From contig OX597817.1 in NCBI GenBank assembly GCA_951406725.2, positions 117,552,001 through 117,616,000 on the forward strand: a DNA stretch of 64,000 nucleotides, read 5' to 3'. The stretch comes from Octopus vulgaris (lineage: Eukaryota). This document shows, in pieces, positions 27,700 through 42,333 of this stretch. Made by a program: the position numbers and the translations under genes. The first letter of the stretch is position 1, and each line of letters starts with the position of its first letter. Under the pieces are notes generated by a model. The model did not search any database, was not told the origin of the DNA, and saw nothing but the letters and a program-made list of their open reading frames with translations.

Positions 27700-28128
27700 T
27701 GTAGGAGTGGCTGTGTGGTATGTAGCTTGGTTACTAACCACATGGTTCCAGGTTCAGTCCCACTGCGTAGTACCTTGGGCAAGTGTCTTCTACAATAGCC
27801 TCGGGCCGACCAAATCCTTGTGAGTGGATTTGGTAGAAGGAAACTGAAAGAAGCTCGTCGTACATATGTATATATATATATGTATGTATGTATGTATATG
27901 TGTGTGTGTGTGTGTTTCTGTGTCTGTGTTTGTCCCCCCAACATCGCTTGACAACCGATGCTTGTGTGTTTACATCCCCGTAACTTAGCGGTTCGGCAAA
28001 AGAGACTGATAGAATAAGTACTAGGCTTACAAAGAATAAGTCCTGGGGTCGATGTGCTCGACTAAAGGCGCTGCTCCAGCATGGCCGCAGTCAAATGACT
28101 GAAACAAGTAAAAGAGTAAGAGAGTAAA
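27700..28128 (+). mobile_element. tRNA-derived SINE family 1, full length
   Basis: Head ggagtggctgtgtggt...ggttcagtcccac, ccttgggcaagtg core, internal TA/TG tract, tail ggcgctgctccagcatggccgcagtcaaatgactgaaacaagtaaaagagtaa. Confidence 0.92.
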
Positions 28129-29343
28129 TCATATTCGAGAATGAAGATATATAGTTTGGAATCATGAAGTTTTAAGAGTCTGGATGAATGCCTGTTGCAG
28201 AGTCGGACGCAATGTTTGTCAAAATATCCAACGTTTCTACAATTTTACCACCTGTCTTGGCTGTATTCAAACACAAAATGAACAATATTTAGATTTTAGA
28301 AATACTGTTATATGTGTAGTAAATTCTGATATTTTGGGCATATCAATTTCATATATGTGTGTAAAAAGAATTACGTAGAATTAGGTGCTTTGTTCAAACG
28401 AAAACGTTGATGTTCTTCGTTTCTTTTACGCAAATAAATAACATCAAGACATGTTACTTGATTTCTCTTTTCAGCTTTGACAAAATTATTCTTAATTACT
28501 TGTGTCACAGATAAGACGAACAATAATATTTTCTTTTCGAAAACTCCAAAATCTTTGAAACGATTTTGAGTGGATTGAATCAACTTCGGTATAGAGTGCG
28601 AATCAATTTAATTACATTTTGAATAGGTTGTTGACTCGTGTAGTTTTAGCGAGAAGCATTCAGTGCATCAACATGTGTTTTCGTCTTGTTGTAATTTGAT
28701 TAAACCTTGCGTGATGAGTAGTATTGCCCTGTATTATTTGAGATATGGTGGAAGCTTGTAGCTGATTTTTGACTTGCTAAATACGCCAGCCTGTCATTCC
28801 TCTTAACATAACGTATTTGTTTTGGTGCATACACACCTTTAACATGCAATTGAAGACGTATCGTCTTGGTACACTCTCTGGATAAAAATTGATGTAACAG
28901 GTAATACGCCTTTGATCATACTTTGTCCAACCCGGGTTAAACACATAGCAAACGATAACGACATTAGATACGTATTTCACTGACAAGAAGATATAAATGG
29001 CAGCTCATATCCATTACTGAGATATATACCACATATAATATCACACTTCACGACAAAATTTAACAATTTCTTGAATTGTTTGGTAAAGTGGTGTCTGTAC
29101 CAAAACAAATACATCATCGTACTGCATGAAAAAAATTAGCAGCTAAGAAATATTAACAATATCCCATATAAGGAGGAATTTCAATCTTCAATAAAGTTTC
29201 AATCTCTTCAATATATATGGTACAGTACATATGGTTGTATGTAAGGGCCATTTGAAAAATATTATGATAAACAGGAATCAGTGTACAGACATGCTTTCCA
29301 TTCGCTTAACTACAAATAACTTTCAAGTAAGTATTGATATGTA

Positions 29344-30520
29344 CCAGGTTGAGTCGAAAGCTTTTTCGGGTTTTCACTAATAAGTTTTGGCAACTTGTAT
29401 CTCATGTTATATTACTTATTTGATACAAGTTGTCCTATCGATGCTGAATTGTTCATTTTTATTTCCATATGTAACATATAAACATTAATTGTTTACCCTT
29501 TATTTTAACTTCGATAATGTGTATTGAAAAATTGCAATTAGAGCCTTTTAGTCTACCTGTGGTGAATAGGAGTGAGTATAAGGTCAACGGGGAAAGAATT
29601 GAATGATGTGGAAGGTCCATGAACTGTCAAGGAGGATGACTCCAACCTCGAAGACAAAGTTCAGAGAGATCTTCTGATGTGGAAAAGGAGGCCTTGCTTC
29701 CTTGAAGAACAGCTAAGCACATGACTTCATAATGTTTATCAGTGCTCGGTCATTCATAAAGTATCCTCAATCGAAACCTCCATTTTGAACAGTCGATGTT
29801 GAGAATCTCGTCATGAACTGACCAATGACTAGGCTCAGTGTCGTATGAACATTTGAAACCGACTGCTGACAAATTCTCGAAACGACCGTTTATGGCGTCA
29901 AATTGTAATTGGGGAGGAAAAATGGATCTATTTGGCGAAAACAAATCAGTGGCTTCGTTCCGGCTGAGCTTCAGTACCTGCTGTCAAACAAGGGCGGTTT
30001 GAACAGAGGGTCATGTTGTGTGTTTGGTGGAATTTAGAAGGGGTACTGCATGTTGAGCTTTTCCCAAATGGTCATGCTTTCAACTATAACTTCTGTGGTT
30101 AACAACTGCCGCGAGTACCAGGCACTGGTAAATCGAGAACTTGCTCTACTAGACTATTTCAATTCCCCAATACACATTGCCAATGTGACCAACTTCAAAC
30201 TTGAGGGACTGGAAGTTGTTGCTTCACCCTTTTTACAGTCCAGACAGTGAACATCAGATTATCAGATTTTTCTAGTCATGACTAATTTTCTGCACGGACG
30301 GAGATTAAAAAATGTGGATGAAGTTAAAAATGGATGCATGGAGATTTCGCCTTCAAAACTATCAAAATGGTATAAGCATGGAATTGGGCGTCTGGTACAA
30401 CGATGGCAACATACAATAGAAAATTATGATATACATTTTGATGAATAAACGCTCTTCATATGTAATTCGTTTGAACTTTAACTAAAGTTTGAAAAACGAA
30501 AAACATTTGAATCCACCTGG
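29344..30520 (+). mobile_element. Near full-length degenerate mariner transposon
   Basis: TA-flanked TIRs ccaggttgagtcgaaagctttttcg / (rc) ccaggtggattcaaatgtttttcg. Remnants QIVIGEEKWIY, VMLCVWWN, YSPD and SDYQIF...GIGRLVQRWQHTIE...FDE*. Confidence 0.88.
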
Positions 30521-31524
30521 TATATAGCAAGTTCATCGATAATATTTGTTTCTCTCATTCGTGTTCATATTTTGGTAGAAAGAAATCATATGCTTGGACT
30601 AATCAGTTTAATTACAGTCAATGGAGTATCAAAACAAATTAATCACAACTGTTAATAGGGCATGCTGAAGTGAAATCCCAGATAAAAGGTAGATTGTTCA
30701 GCATTGTAACCAAGTGGCAATATATATCTAAATATAGTAAGTAGTGCTATATATGAAGATCAAAAATCTAATGTAGACCACGAACGTTATTCATAAATTT
30801 AAGAATATTCGCAAATATTGCGATATGATTCGGGTTGACAACGAAAACGTGGTTTTCATGATATGGACTATAAATATAACAGTATTCTCAACAATATTAA
30901 TTAATCATAATGAAAAATTATCAGCATTGTTTAAGTATAAAGCTTGATTAATTTCATGGTTACATGTAAACATACATAAATTAAATGCATATATAAAAGC
31001 ATGTGAACTTATGTCAATCAATTAATCAATGCATCAATCTCTCATTTACATATGTATACATGTGCATTCACACACATATACAGACACGCGTGCACACACC
31101 CGTAAGTGTGGGTGTTTGTGTTCGTGTGTGCGTGTGTGCGAGCGTGCGTATCTACGTACGAATGCATGTATTATGATTGATGATATTCCCCACATATTCA
31201 TTAATTTTATAAGATTTATGCCTTAGTTAACGTGGGATTGCGAGGCAACAATTTTAGGTAAAATAGCAACATACTGAAAATAAATTAGAGTTAATATTTT
31301 GGAAACAACTGTTACATTTGCAATGTTTCTTGTAATTTAACATACTATAAGCAACGTTAATATTCGCAGCAGCCACCTACATCGTAAAATGTAGGTGGTT
31401 AAATAACGATTAATATGTATATCTTATATATGTGGTGTACTTATGTATGTCATTGTTCAGTTTTATTTCAAGATTTGCCAAAAGCGAAAGAGCAAGTTTC
31501 TAACCTAGATCCAAACCCGTCATG

Positions 31525-31655
31525 TGTGTGGGTGTTGTTTTAGTGTCTGTGTTTGTGCATCCATCCTATCATCGCTTGACAACCGGTTGGTAGGTTTACG
31601 TTCCCGTAACTTAACGGTTCAGCAAAGACGACTGATAGAATAAGTATTAGGCTTA
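31525..31655 (+). mobile_element. SINE family 1 fragment followed by (TATG)n
   Basis: catcgcttgacaaccg...cccgtaacttaacggttc...tagaataagta matches 27940-28030. Confidence 0.75.
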
Positions 31656-32809
31656 TGTATGTATGTATGTATGTATGTATGTATGTATGTATGTATGTAT
31701 GTATGTATGTATCTATGTATGTATGTATGTGTGTGTATGTATGTATTTATGTATGTATGTATGTATGTGTGTATGCATAGAATATAAATTATAGGGTGGA
31801 TATATTATTTCAACAGTTATCTATAAGATGTCGATCGTTTCGCAGCCAACATCATGGAATAATAATTTATTTTAATGTATAATCATTTATTTTGCATGTC
31901 TGCACTAGAGTGTATGTTATAAATTGTATAGTGCAATATTGTACATTTTACAAGCTAATGTGGTTATAGAAGGCTAGCTCTTAAGATCAACAGAATATCA
32001 TTTTTGCATCCATTTTGCAACTCCAGTACCCACACGCACAAACACATACATAGGGATAAATATCATATCTATTCAATTGCATTGATTCATTGAGTGAAAT
32101 GTAGAATGAGACATTTGAAGAAGTACGATAATCACTTTGTGGATACGAAGATGCATTCTCTCATTAGATATTTCAGTAGTTGGGAAATGGCAATATCTTC
32201 TCAAGGTACAATCTAAAACAATATAGAAGCCGACGCTAATTAGGGAGCATAATCTGCGACATATAGTGGACAATATTTACAAAAGTATTTTAAATGAATA
32301 AATATGTTGGAATATCGTCAATTTCTACAATCAACTTGACTATCACGATAAAAATAAAGAGGAAAAATGAGACGAAATTTCCTTTTATCTCGCTTGATTA
32401 TAACAGTTATTTATCTCTAGTAAAATATGTTGAGCATTAAACACATCTTGATTACTTGGCGCATTTACTCTTAATCAACGATGTAAAAAAGATCTGTCCA
32501 GCTTCTATATATTAACGCTATCTGCCGAAACGTTATAATAGCTGATTAGTGATTTCTACATAAGCTTTCATTTTGATAGAGCTATTAATATCCATCGTAA
32601 ATGAACTGTGTCATAAACCCGCATTGTCTTTCCGCATGAATTGGAAATCTCTGAAGATAATGAAGGAAAGAATAGCTATGATATAGTTCATTGTATATAA
32701 AATAATAAATAACAGAAATATCGTTCGAGATTTAAGGTTTTCCAATGTCTACAGTGAGACCATGCAGTATTTCAAAGCATTTAATATCATAATATTCAAA
32801 ATACAAGAA

Positions 32810-33018
32810 GGCGGCGAGCTGGCAGAAACGTTAGCACGCCGGACGAAATGCTTAGCTGTATTTCGTCTGTCTTTACATTTTGAATTCAAATTCTGCCGAG
32901 GCCGACTTAGCCTTTCATCCTTTCGGAGTCGATAAATTAAGTACCAGTTGCATCCTGGAGTCGATCTAATCGACTGGCCCCCTCCCCCAAAATTTCGGGC
33001 CTTGTGCCTAGAGTAGAA
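32810..33018 (+). mobile_element. tRNA-derived SINE family 2, full length with 13-bp TSD
   Basis: Head ggcggcgagctggcagaa...ttcaaattc, core gcctttcatcctttcggagtcgataaattaagtaccag, tail gggccttgtgcctagagtagaaaa. aatattcaaaata occurs on both sides. Confidence 0.92.
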
Positions 33019-35011
33019 AATATTCAAAATATCGGACTCTCAGTATTTACCAAATTTACTCCGTTAAATTATTTCAGAAAGCCAAGATTGAAACAGATTC
33101 TCTCAGGTTTTAAAATGGAAGAATTCCTGTCCTGTTGAAATATGAATATATGAAGTAAATTGGGGAACGAGTTCAAGTTTGATGCTTACTCGATCCTCTG
33201 TTGATGACATGTCATCTAGGTTTCCATATTATTTTATTCTTTTACTACTTGTTTAAATCATTTGACTGCGGCCAGTGGTTGGGATTATAGGAACTTTGGT
33301 CAAAAATATATTAGTAGAAAAATTAAAACATTCGGAAATATTTTAAAATGTGTTAGAAAAATTATTACAAATTAATCGTGAGATTAGAATCGGCTGCCTT
33401 TTAAAAAAATATTTTTGAAAATTTTTAATGTTTTCATCAGAATTAAGCGATTACATATAACAGGTAATATGGAAGATATTTTTCATTATCATGAAATAAA
33501 AATCACTCATTAAAAAAGCATCGGTAATATACTTCAAGTATACATACTGGTTATACCATAATTAACTGCGTAAGTATCTGTCAAGAACTAGCATCCATTC
33601 AATTGTTCTGGTCGTGTGCCTTAGTCAAAAACAGTTATTAGATGAACATTGGGTAGTGAGAATAGGAAACGAAAAATAACCTGTGGTACTGAGTTATTTT
33701 CTTTAGGCATCTGCAACCCAACTGTTTCATAATCAATTTTTCCCATCGCCATTCATAAAATAAGCACCAATAAAAGTATTTGACACAGCAAGTCAACTAT
33801 ATTTTGCGTATAAAATTTGAGGCATGGTACAATATCAGAAAAATTATTAGTTTTACTCTTACTAATAAAGAAGAGGAAACATTAAATTCTGTATTCAAAA
33901 TTGGGTACTCCACAACCATTCACAGAATTGTCATAGCGATACTCGAATATTCCGTATTGATGGCATTGTTTACCATCTCTTTATATATGCTTACGTAGGT
34001 AATCTAGACACACATATGTATAGTGAAAATATAGGAAAACAGATATATTGTAAGTGAGAATATCTTTCAGGTGGTTTTCAGTAACTTTAAAATATTTTGC
34101 TAAATGAGATGCAGTCAAATAATTGTGAGTGTGTTTATGCATTTAAGACAAAAAAGGTGTTGTGGAAGGTATAGTGAATCGTTATTCAATCTTTCCGTCT
34201 GGAATATGTATATTATAACCAAGACGAGGATCACGCAATTAATCCATTTGAATCCTGCCATATACAGACTGCTTCTATCTTCAAATCATATTGGAATGTT
34301 TAATTTGTATAAGATGCTGTTGATTTGATGCTCGGATAACTATTATGTAAATTGATGTTTCCATTGTGCGAAAAACTGTCAAATGTGTCCTAACTTGTAA
34401 AGAATTTTAACTCTTTTGTTGAATGATGAAAATATTAATATTTGGATTATATTCGATGTATTGCGATTAATACTGGATATAATGAATGATTTATATTTGT
34501 GATGGATATTTCTTTCCTCGAATTTGCCTCTATTTTCTCATTTAAAAGGATTAAAATAAACAGAGATGGTCTGATAATATAGCTGGAAATATATTTCATT
34601 TAAAAAATGATTTGTCCTTATCATTTTCATACCACAATAAGTTATTTCAAAATAGGAGAGATTAATTTTTGATGTATATATGCATACCGATATTTTCTTC
34701 TATAAAAACAGATGATTTTAAAATGAAGTGAAATGATATTTCATTTGAAAATAATTTGTTCTTTTAATTTTAAAATAACCATAGGATATTTTAATGCAAA
34801 AGTTAGTCGATATGAAATTCCATTGCATTTAATATGTTTTTCTACGAATGTGTATTTGTGCAAAAATGTTTCGACAAAATTATTTTCGAAAAAAATGCCG
34901 GCTATGAATGTGCACGCACTCGCCTCACGCAGGCATGCACACACCCACGCACACACACACATGCATAGACACGTAAACACACACACACACACACACATAA
35001 ACACACACATT

Positions 35012-35056
<45 letters not shown>

Positions 35057-35234
35057 GTATATATATTCAGGTAAATGTATACATGCTTCGGTTTAGGATT
35101 ACCAGTGTAAAATGGTATAATATCTTACGCTGATCTATGACCGCAGGGTATCTTGGCCGTGCAAGAAAGTTCGATAAAGATTGAAATATGCACTTTGGCC
35201 GAGATGATAAACTAAAATAGAAGGTCGTACTTAC

Positions 35235-35253
35235 CCCGATCTCGGTCTAATCC
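35235..35253 (-). other. Candidate 19-nt microexon
   Basis: Minus strand ttttaataatttcag|GGATTAGACCGAGATCGGG|gtaagt, a GC-rich island with consensus splice sites. Confidence 0.35.
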
Positions 35254-35746
35254 CTGAAATTATTAAAAGTATACGTGTAGCGTATTAACATGATCAGCGG
35301 GAAAATTGTCACATTCTTTTCAATATATGAAACTTCATTTAAATAACTTTGTTTTGTAGTGCTGCAGTTATTGTGTTTGTATAGAAGGAAATGTACTGGA
35401 ATAACTAAATTGTATCAATAGTAACTAAATATATTTAATCAAAGATGAATGAAAGTAAAACTGATATTAGCAGCATTTGAAATTATACCATTAAAGATCT
35501 TAAAAATTAATATTTTACAGCATATAAGAGAAACAGCAACTCCTTATTCACGACAATGATGGACAAATAACATAGTTACTCTGTACGCGATGATGATACT
35601 AACTTTTCTTTGGTTTTGCAGTTGTATTTTTTAAAACCATTAATTTAAATCAGGATATTGTTTTCAAATTGTTTTCAGTTTATCCCTTTGTCAAATATAT
35701 TTTGCCTCTTTTTATAAAAATAAGAATCTGTTAAGAAGTACATGAC

Positions 35747-35908
35747 CTTCTTCTAGTTGATCAAGTGCAACTGATTGCAAATTCTGGCAATATAAATACA
35801 TTTTCCGCCATTTACAAGCGTGCTTCTTCCCAAGTAACTTTCGTTGCTTTTTACTTTTCTTTGTATCATTTTTGTTTCCATGGGCTTTCAATATTCTCGA
35901 TTCATTTT
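35747..35908 (-). other. Candidate 162-nt exon (open frame)
   Basis: Acceptor ttcttttttttgccag and open frame NESRILKAHGNK...KHACKWRKMYLYCQNLQSVALDQLEE. The donor gtcatg is weak and I recognise no homology. Confidence 0.2.
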
Positions 35909-37093
35909 CTGGCAAAAAAAAGAATCTGTTCAGATAAATATTGACAAGACTTTTGTAATGACACATCCTGCGCATGAATATCTGTCATGAATATGTATTA
36001 CGTCAATTCTGAAGCCATTCATGTAGCATCAATAATGCAAATGAAACAAAAGAGTGCGCTTGAAGTAAGCAATATGAATCTTTCCGTAAAGTTACCTACG
36101 TAAACTAAAATATGCATATGAAAAGGAAGCAATCACTTTTGTTTTTGGCATGTTATTAATATTTTTTTCCTCTTAACGTATTTATTTGAAGCCATCGTCT
36201 ATTGTTCCATCACTCATATATCTCGGTAAAAATTTTCGAATAATTTGTATCTAAGTAAAGCGGAAAGAATTTTCAACAATGTCGGATATCTTTGTATAAA
36301 TGTCATGGCAAATAATGGTTCGAATAAACATCAGATACATAGTTTAGACAATACTGCCTCTTTTTTGTTATCTAGGATCTGAGGTTGAGGACGCATATGC
36401 ATTCCGAACACATCATTAATTTTATGCAAATGGATATTTAACAAGTATTCTTTTCACTCACAAAAGAATTACACATCAATATCAAAATGTTATTAGATTA
36501 TTACTATTGTATCCTGAATTATTGTCTCTTAATATAAGTTTGGGCGCGTTATTCTTAAATCTTTTCAAACAATCACTTTATTAATGATATTACCGGAAGT
36601 AGATGCATACGTATTATGCAGGCAATACCATACTATAATTTAGTGCGTGAACCGAATGGTACAGTACGAATTCAGAATTAAGAAAAGAATTTCATGTCTG
36701 GAAAGCAACAGTTTGGAACATTAAATATATTGTATCTATGTGTGTCTCATATTTCTGTTAAGCAGTAAGGAATTGATATACTGAGGGGCATCTTCTGTAA
36801 GCGAATTTTATTTCTAGATTGTTATGATTACATTCCTGATGTAGTCTACAACTAAGCAACCGAATTAATTACCACGTATTCAGGTTCTTACATAGCATAT
36901 AATCATTTACTAAGTATCTTCAAAAGAAATATAGATAATTCTGATTGTTATCAATGTAACGCTCAAACATTTTGCGGAGTTTAACCGAAACATATGTAGC
37001 AATTAATGAGATCTAATAATGAAGATCTTAGTCACTAGCTCCATATGGCAGAAACTACCGTTCGTTACGTTACAGCCAGGACCATCAAACTGT

Positions 37094-37254
37094 TTAATAT
37101 CTAAAAATGTAATATGCTAGATTCCTTTCTTTCTTAAAATTGTAAACATTGTTTTGATTCATGTCGATGTGGTCTTTGTAATAGATCGAACCATCAGGTA
37201 GAAGATCTGATATTGAATTGTAATGATTCATGTGGCGTTGCAGAATGATGTTGT
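37094..37254 (-). other. Candidate exon
   Basis: Strong acceptor tttttgcttttatcag followed by an open frame NIILQRHMNHYNSISDLLPDGSIYYKDH... to a stop. No recognised homology. Confidence 0.2.
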
Positions 37255-39082
37255 CTGATAAAAGCAAAAATCTCACAGCTGAAACGATTTATGATTTCTT
37301 TTTCTGGTTTTATATTTAACATAGATCTTTCAAGAGTATTAAAGGTTTTATCGCTATTTATGTTGTTACAAAATACCTTTTAAGATTAAAAACAGTTCAC
37401 TGACGTAATTACTTCATCACTCATTTCTTCACAGACTCGCTGCTAAGTAATTACCGGGACTTTTAGAATATTAGTTAAAAATTCATATACACTCGAAGTC
37501 AACGAGTGTTTAGCGATGCGTGAAACATTTGGCTGAAAAAGATTATACTGAATTTAGTTTTCTCTCCGAAATTGCTTTTAGCCGCCGGCATTCCAGCACC
37601 AGTGATATTAGATACCGTGATACATATGGAATTCTCCGGCCATCTTTAAAATTGTTTGTAAGCACAACTGTAACATTCTGTTCCTCAATATATTTGAAAG
37701 AAATACTTCGCACATCATTTTAACGGACTAATGCTTGGACTGCTAAAATGTTAAATACATTTAGTTCACTATAAAATTAATAAAGACACTAATTAGTTGA
37801 ATAATTAATGAAAACTGCCAAAACCAATTAAAGCAAAAAAATTTTGTAGTTTTGAAATCGCGGAGATTTCGAACAGGGTACGAGATAGGGTCCATTTCAT
37901 ATCGTATAAATAACATAATTTAGATTGAATGGCTTCAACTGAAATTAAAACTGTTCTGCTTTCTGTCCGCTGTCTTTTCCTACTATATGATTTTAACTTT
38001 ATTAAGTAATCTAATTATATTACTCGTAAATACAATGTTTCTCTTTGCGAAGAGGACCTGTCATTAGAGCGTGCTGGAGGGATGTAACATTGTGCCGTCC
38101 ATAAAGTAAGGAGGAATCTCATGAGGCCAATGCACGCGCTACTCAACATTGAATATAAACTTCCTTTTAACAAGGCACAAAGTATATCGTAGAAAATGGA
38201 AACTATTATCGATTAAACGGCCGTGAAGTTGACGCTGTCTAACTCACAGGTCAGGTCTGATCGAGCAGAGAAATGATAGATGATGTTCCTCTTAGATGTT
38301 TACTGTATATTCTCAAATATAGAGTGCAGCTAGGAATTTATTGTCAAAAGTATCCTTCGTGATTTAAGAGAATGGGTGAAAGTTTACAAAAATTTGGCTA
38401 CTATTTCTAGAAGTTGAAGCCAGCAAATACGAGCTCTCTTGTATTTATTTACTCAAACCACAACAGAGAAGACTAAGTCAATGCAGGGTATGAAATCAGA
38501 AGTGGGGAAACACTAAAAATGAAAAATGCTCACATTGTATAGTTATTTCTGTATCATTGCAAATTTGTCTCCTATTATTAAAATAATGTATGCAACGAAA
38601 CTGAACGACAATACTTTAAATAAAATAACTCCAAAGTAAACATCTTACCTGTCATTGCATGTGTTTTAAGTTTACAGGTTTTTAAATCATTAAAACATGC
38701 TAAGTTACATTATGGATATGCTAATGGGAAAAGGTTGTATGTCTTCAAAACGGTTAATCAATTATACATAACTCTGTGCTTTAAGAAACAAGAATATTAC
38801 TAAAAATAATAAACAAAATTCGAAACGTGCGTCTTTAGATGCCAACAGTGAAATGCAGGTAATTTCACTAACCTGGTCACGAGTTGCCGTCGACCAAATC
38901 GTTCACTGTACAGTCACCCGGATATAATGACGTCTACGCGTGTACATGAGAGATAGAGAGATAGAGATAGAAAGAGAGCTACAGAGATAAAGAGCAAATA
39001 AGTATAAGTAATTATAAGAATGTGCCTGTGATAATGAGTCAAAGTAGGTAATATGCATATTTTCTCTTAACTGCAGCACATG

Positions 39083-39150
<68 letters not shown>

Positions 39151-39539
39151 ACATAGAAGTATGTTAATAATTTAAGCAAACTCAGAGGTATTAATGAATA
39201 CTGAAATGTCACATTGATTCTGATTTTACTGTTGTTCTTGTCGTCACGTAAAATTATGCTTCTTGACAATAAAAGAAATTTAAGCAAATCATGGAAAAAT
39301 ATCATTAAATAAATGCATAAACAAATAAATATATTCATATATTGCATTCTTTTGTGGAAGCCTTCTAGGCAGTTCTGACAACTTCATTTCCATCATCTGT
39401 TTAGGATATATTTTGATAATATTCCTATAGTATTTTGCTGTATAACCTGCGGGAGAAATCGACTGAGATTAGAAAGATGTACTGCATCAAAGATAACAAA
39501 CCAAGCTACATACTATTTTCTGCCTCATTCATCATAATA

Positions 39540-39571
<32 letters not shown>

Positions 39572-40278
39572 GGTGAGGGTGGTGGTGGTAGTGGTGTGGT
39601 GATGATGATGATGATGATGAAGGTGAGGGTGGTGGTGGTAGTGGTGATGGTGATGATGAGGATGATGATAAAAATATGCCTGTAATTCTTTCGCTTTTCT
39701 ATCATCGTATTGAACGTATGTTATGGAATATTCTTTTTTTTCCTTCCCTTTTGAAGGGCATGAAGTCAGAGATTTTGCAAGAGAAATATATGCAGTTTGC
39801 GTTTTATATTTATGCATTTCTTCGTAACATAAGCAGCATCAGTGAATTGAATTCACCTCAAAGTGGAATTTGAAATATTTTCTTGGATTGGGATCATTAA
39901 GTTCTTACCATTTCTTAAAGTGAATATTGCAGTCGTCAAATTTAATGCAACGACGCAATATTTTCGGAGAAAAAATACATAATGTATTAATATGAAATGC
40001 ATAAATATATGACTTTATACCCTTCCAAATGATATCATACGTTTCATAATGTTATAGAAATGCTCAAGAAAAACACGCCTGTTATATATAATTTTTAAAA
40101 ACTTTTGTATACTGTTTTTGTCCCTTCCTTGTATACTTCCGTGTATACCTAAACGCTTTATTTTTTTTAACTTTTTTATAATTATTTTATCATTTCATTA
40201 TATGTAAACCACAGCGCTTTATGTCTGTCATTGCATTATTTCTCTCATCCTTCGCTCGGGAGGTAAATAAATGAAATC

Positions 40279-40355
<77 letters not shown>

Positions 40356-40383
40356 CATCATTATTATTATTATTATTATTATT

Positions 40384-40849
40384 CTATGTTTGACTTTTGC
40401 TTTATATTTGTACAAGTTGGCTCCAAGTCTCACCCAGAGACCTCAAGAGACAACAGGGTTGGAAGTTCATGTTGTTGTTATGCCTAGTGTGCCATATATT
40501 TGGGGGGTGGGGATGTTGTACTAATGAATGTCTAAAAAAAAAAACTTTTTTTTTTTTTTTTTTTAAACCAAAAATTATGTTTGTTTTAAACCTTGAGATT
40601 ACATAGAGAGTACTTTGCGTACGATATGAGCAGTTCCCATGAGCACTATCTTTTGAACTTCTGCCATTTTTTTTTTCATTAGGAATCCCCAAAACTTCTG
40701 CCATTTTTGGGTTTCCTAAAAAAAAAAAAAAATGGCAGAAGTTCAAAAGATAGTGCTCATGGGAACTGCTCATATCCTACGCAAAGTACTCTCTATGTAA
40801 TCTCAAGGTTTAAAAACAAACATAATTTTTGGTTTAAAAAAAAAAAAAA

Positions 40850-40850
<1 letters not shown>
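40384..40850 (-). mobile_element. R4/Dong-type LINE 3' end with fold-back duplication, within (TAA)n
   Basis: AEVQKIVLMGTAHILRKVLSM* is present on both strands (arms ~40550-40694 and ~40705-40850). The 3' UTR continues leftwards into (TAT)n, and (TAT)n also lies on the right. Confidence 0.85.
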
Positions 40851-40909
<59 letters not shown>

Positions 40910-40911
<2 letters not shown>

Positions 40912-41110
40912 GTGAGTGAGCTGGCAGAATCGTTAGTACGCTGAACAAAATGCTTAGTGGTATTTCACCCATCGCTATGTACTAAGTTCAAATTCCGCAA
41001 AGGTCGACTTTACCTTTCATCCTTTCGGGGTCGATAAATTGAGGACTGGGGGTCAATGTAATCGACTATCAACACTACTCCACATTTCAAGCTTTGTGCC
41101 AGTAGTACAA

Positions 41111-41185
<75 letters not shown>

Positions 41186-41450
41186 ATTATCATTATTATT
41201 ATTTTTATTAATATTATTATCATAATTGAGGCAGCGAGTTAACAGAATCGTTAGCACGCTAGACAAAATGCTTAGCGGTATTTCACCCATCGCTACGTAC
41301 TGAGTTCAAATTCCGCCGCGGTCTACTTTGCCTTGCATCCTTTTCGGGTCGATTAATTAAGTTGTTGTAAAGTACTGGAGTCGATGTGATCGATTGACCC
41401 TCTCCCCACAAACATCCAGACCATGTGCCTATAGTAGAAAGGATTATTAT
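40910..41450 (+). mobile_element. Two SINE family 2 copies separated by (TAT)n
   Basis: Both are colinear with the 32810 copy. Confidence 0.85.
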
Positions 41451-41789
41451 TATCATTGTTGTTGTTGTTGTTTTTATACAGTATTTATATTTTTTTATCA
41501 CGTGCATTCACTGAACTACCGAGAGCAGATCTGTGTACCTTGGGTCTGCACTGTAGTTTGTTTTGGTGTTATTACTTTCACAGTACTGAATGTGCATGAC
41601 GTAGAAAGCAAGGTGAAATGTCTCTAATGATATATTAACAGAACTATAACGAGCCTCGTTATAGGATTTTTATTATCGTTCTTTTTCCTTCTCTGTTTTA
41701 CTTTCTCTCTTAAGTACGGTATTGTGTATAAAGAGTGTTGCAAATATAGTGTACATATTTTTAATTTACCTATCCCGAAATTACAAAGT

Positions 41790-42333
41790 TCATAGTATCG
41801 ACCAAAAACAAAAGAAAAGTAGTTGATGAAAGTATAAACAATACAAAATTAGGAAAAGAATAATGAAAATGCAAGAAAAGAAGGCTATTTCAGTGCGAAT
41901 TCTCACTGTAACGGAAAACATTGAGCCGAAATTTATTTATTTTTCTAGTGAGCACATTCATCCCAACTGATGTAGATTCGTTAAATGCTAGACAAATAGT
42001 TGCAGAAATAAAGCATGAAGCGGTGGAAAACATAGAAGCAAGTTTACGCAGCTAACAGAGAATACTTGTTCCCAACTTGTTCGTTTTCCTGTACCTTCCA
42101 GAATTATTCAAAGATGTCGACAAAAAATTTCTGGATTTCCCTTTAATCCAGGGGCTAGAACTGGTTTTGAAATAGCTTAAGAATATTGTAAACTTGATAA
42201 TGGTGAACAGTTTCTGAGATACGATTCGGGTATCGAGGATCAACAGCGCATACTAATATTTGCATTAGAAAGCGCTCTTCAGGATATAGCATCATATCAT
42301 CGTTGGGCATGTGATGGAACGTTCAAAACTGTT
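41790..42333 (+). mobile_element. MULE (Mutator-like) transposase fragment
   Basis: ...EYCKLDNGEQFLRYDSGIEDQQRILIFALESALQDIASYHRWACDGTFKTV: the W-x-x-DGTFK motif marks the first catalytic Asp of animal MULE transposases. The fragment is truncated there. Confidence 0.8.

Noticed and set aside
27700-27770. tRNA-like A/B boxes
   Set aside because: This is a SINE head with no cloverleaf, and it continues into SINE body.
31374-31399. 10-bp perfect hairpin ccacctacat/atgtaggtgg
   Set aside because: Too short and isolated to interpret.
34120-34262. Short minus-strand ORF starting with a signal-peptide-like MAGFKWINCVILVLVIIYIF
   Set aside because: Under 50 codons with no donor site or homology. 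Hydrophobic stretches are common in AT-rich DNA.
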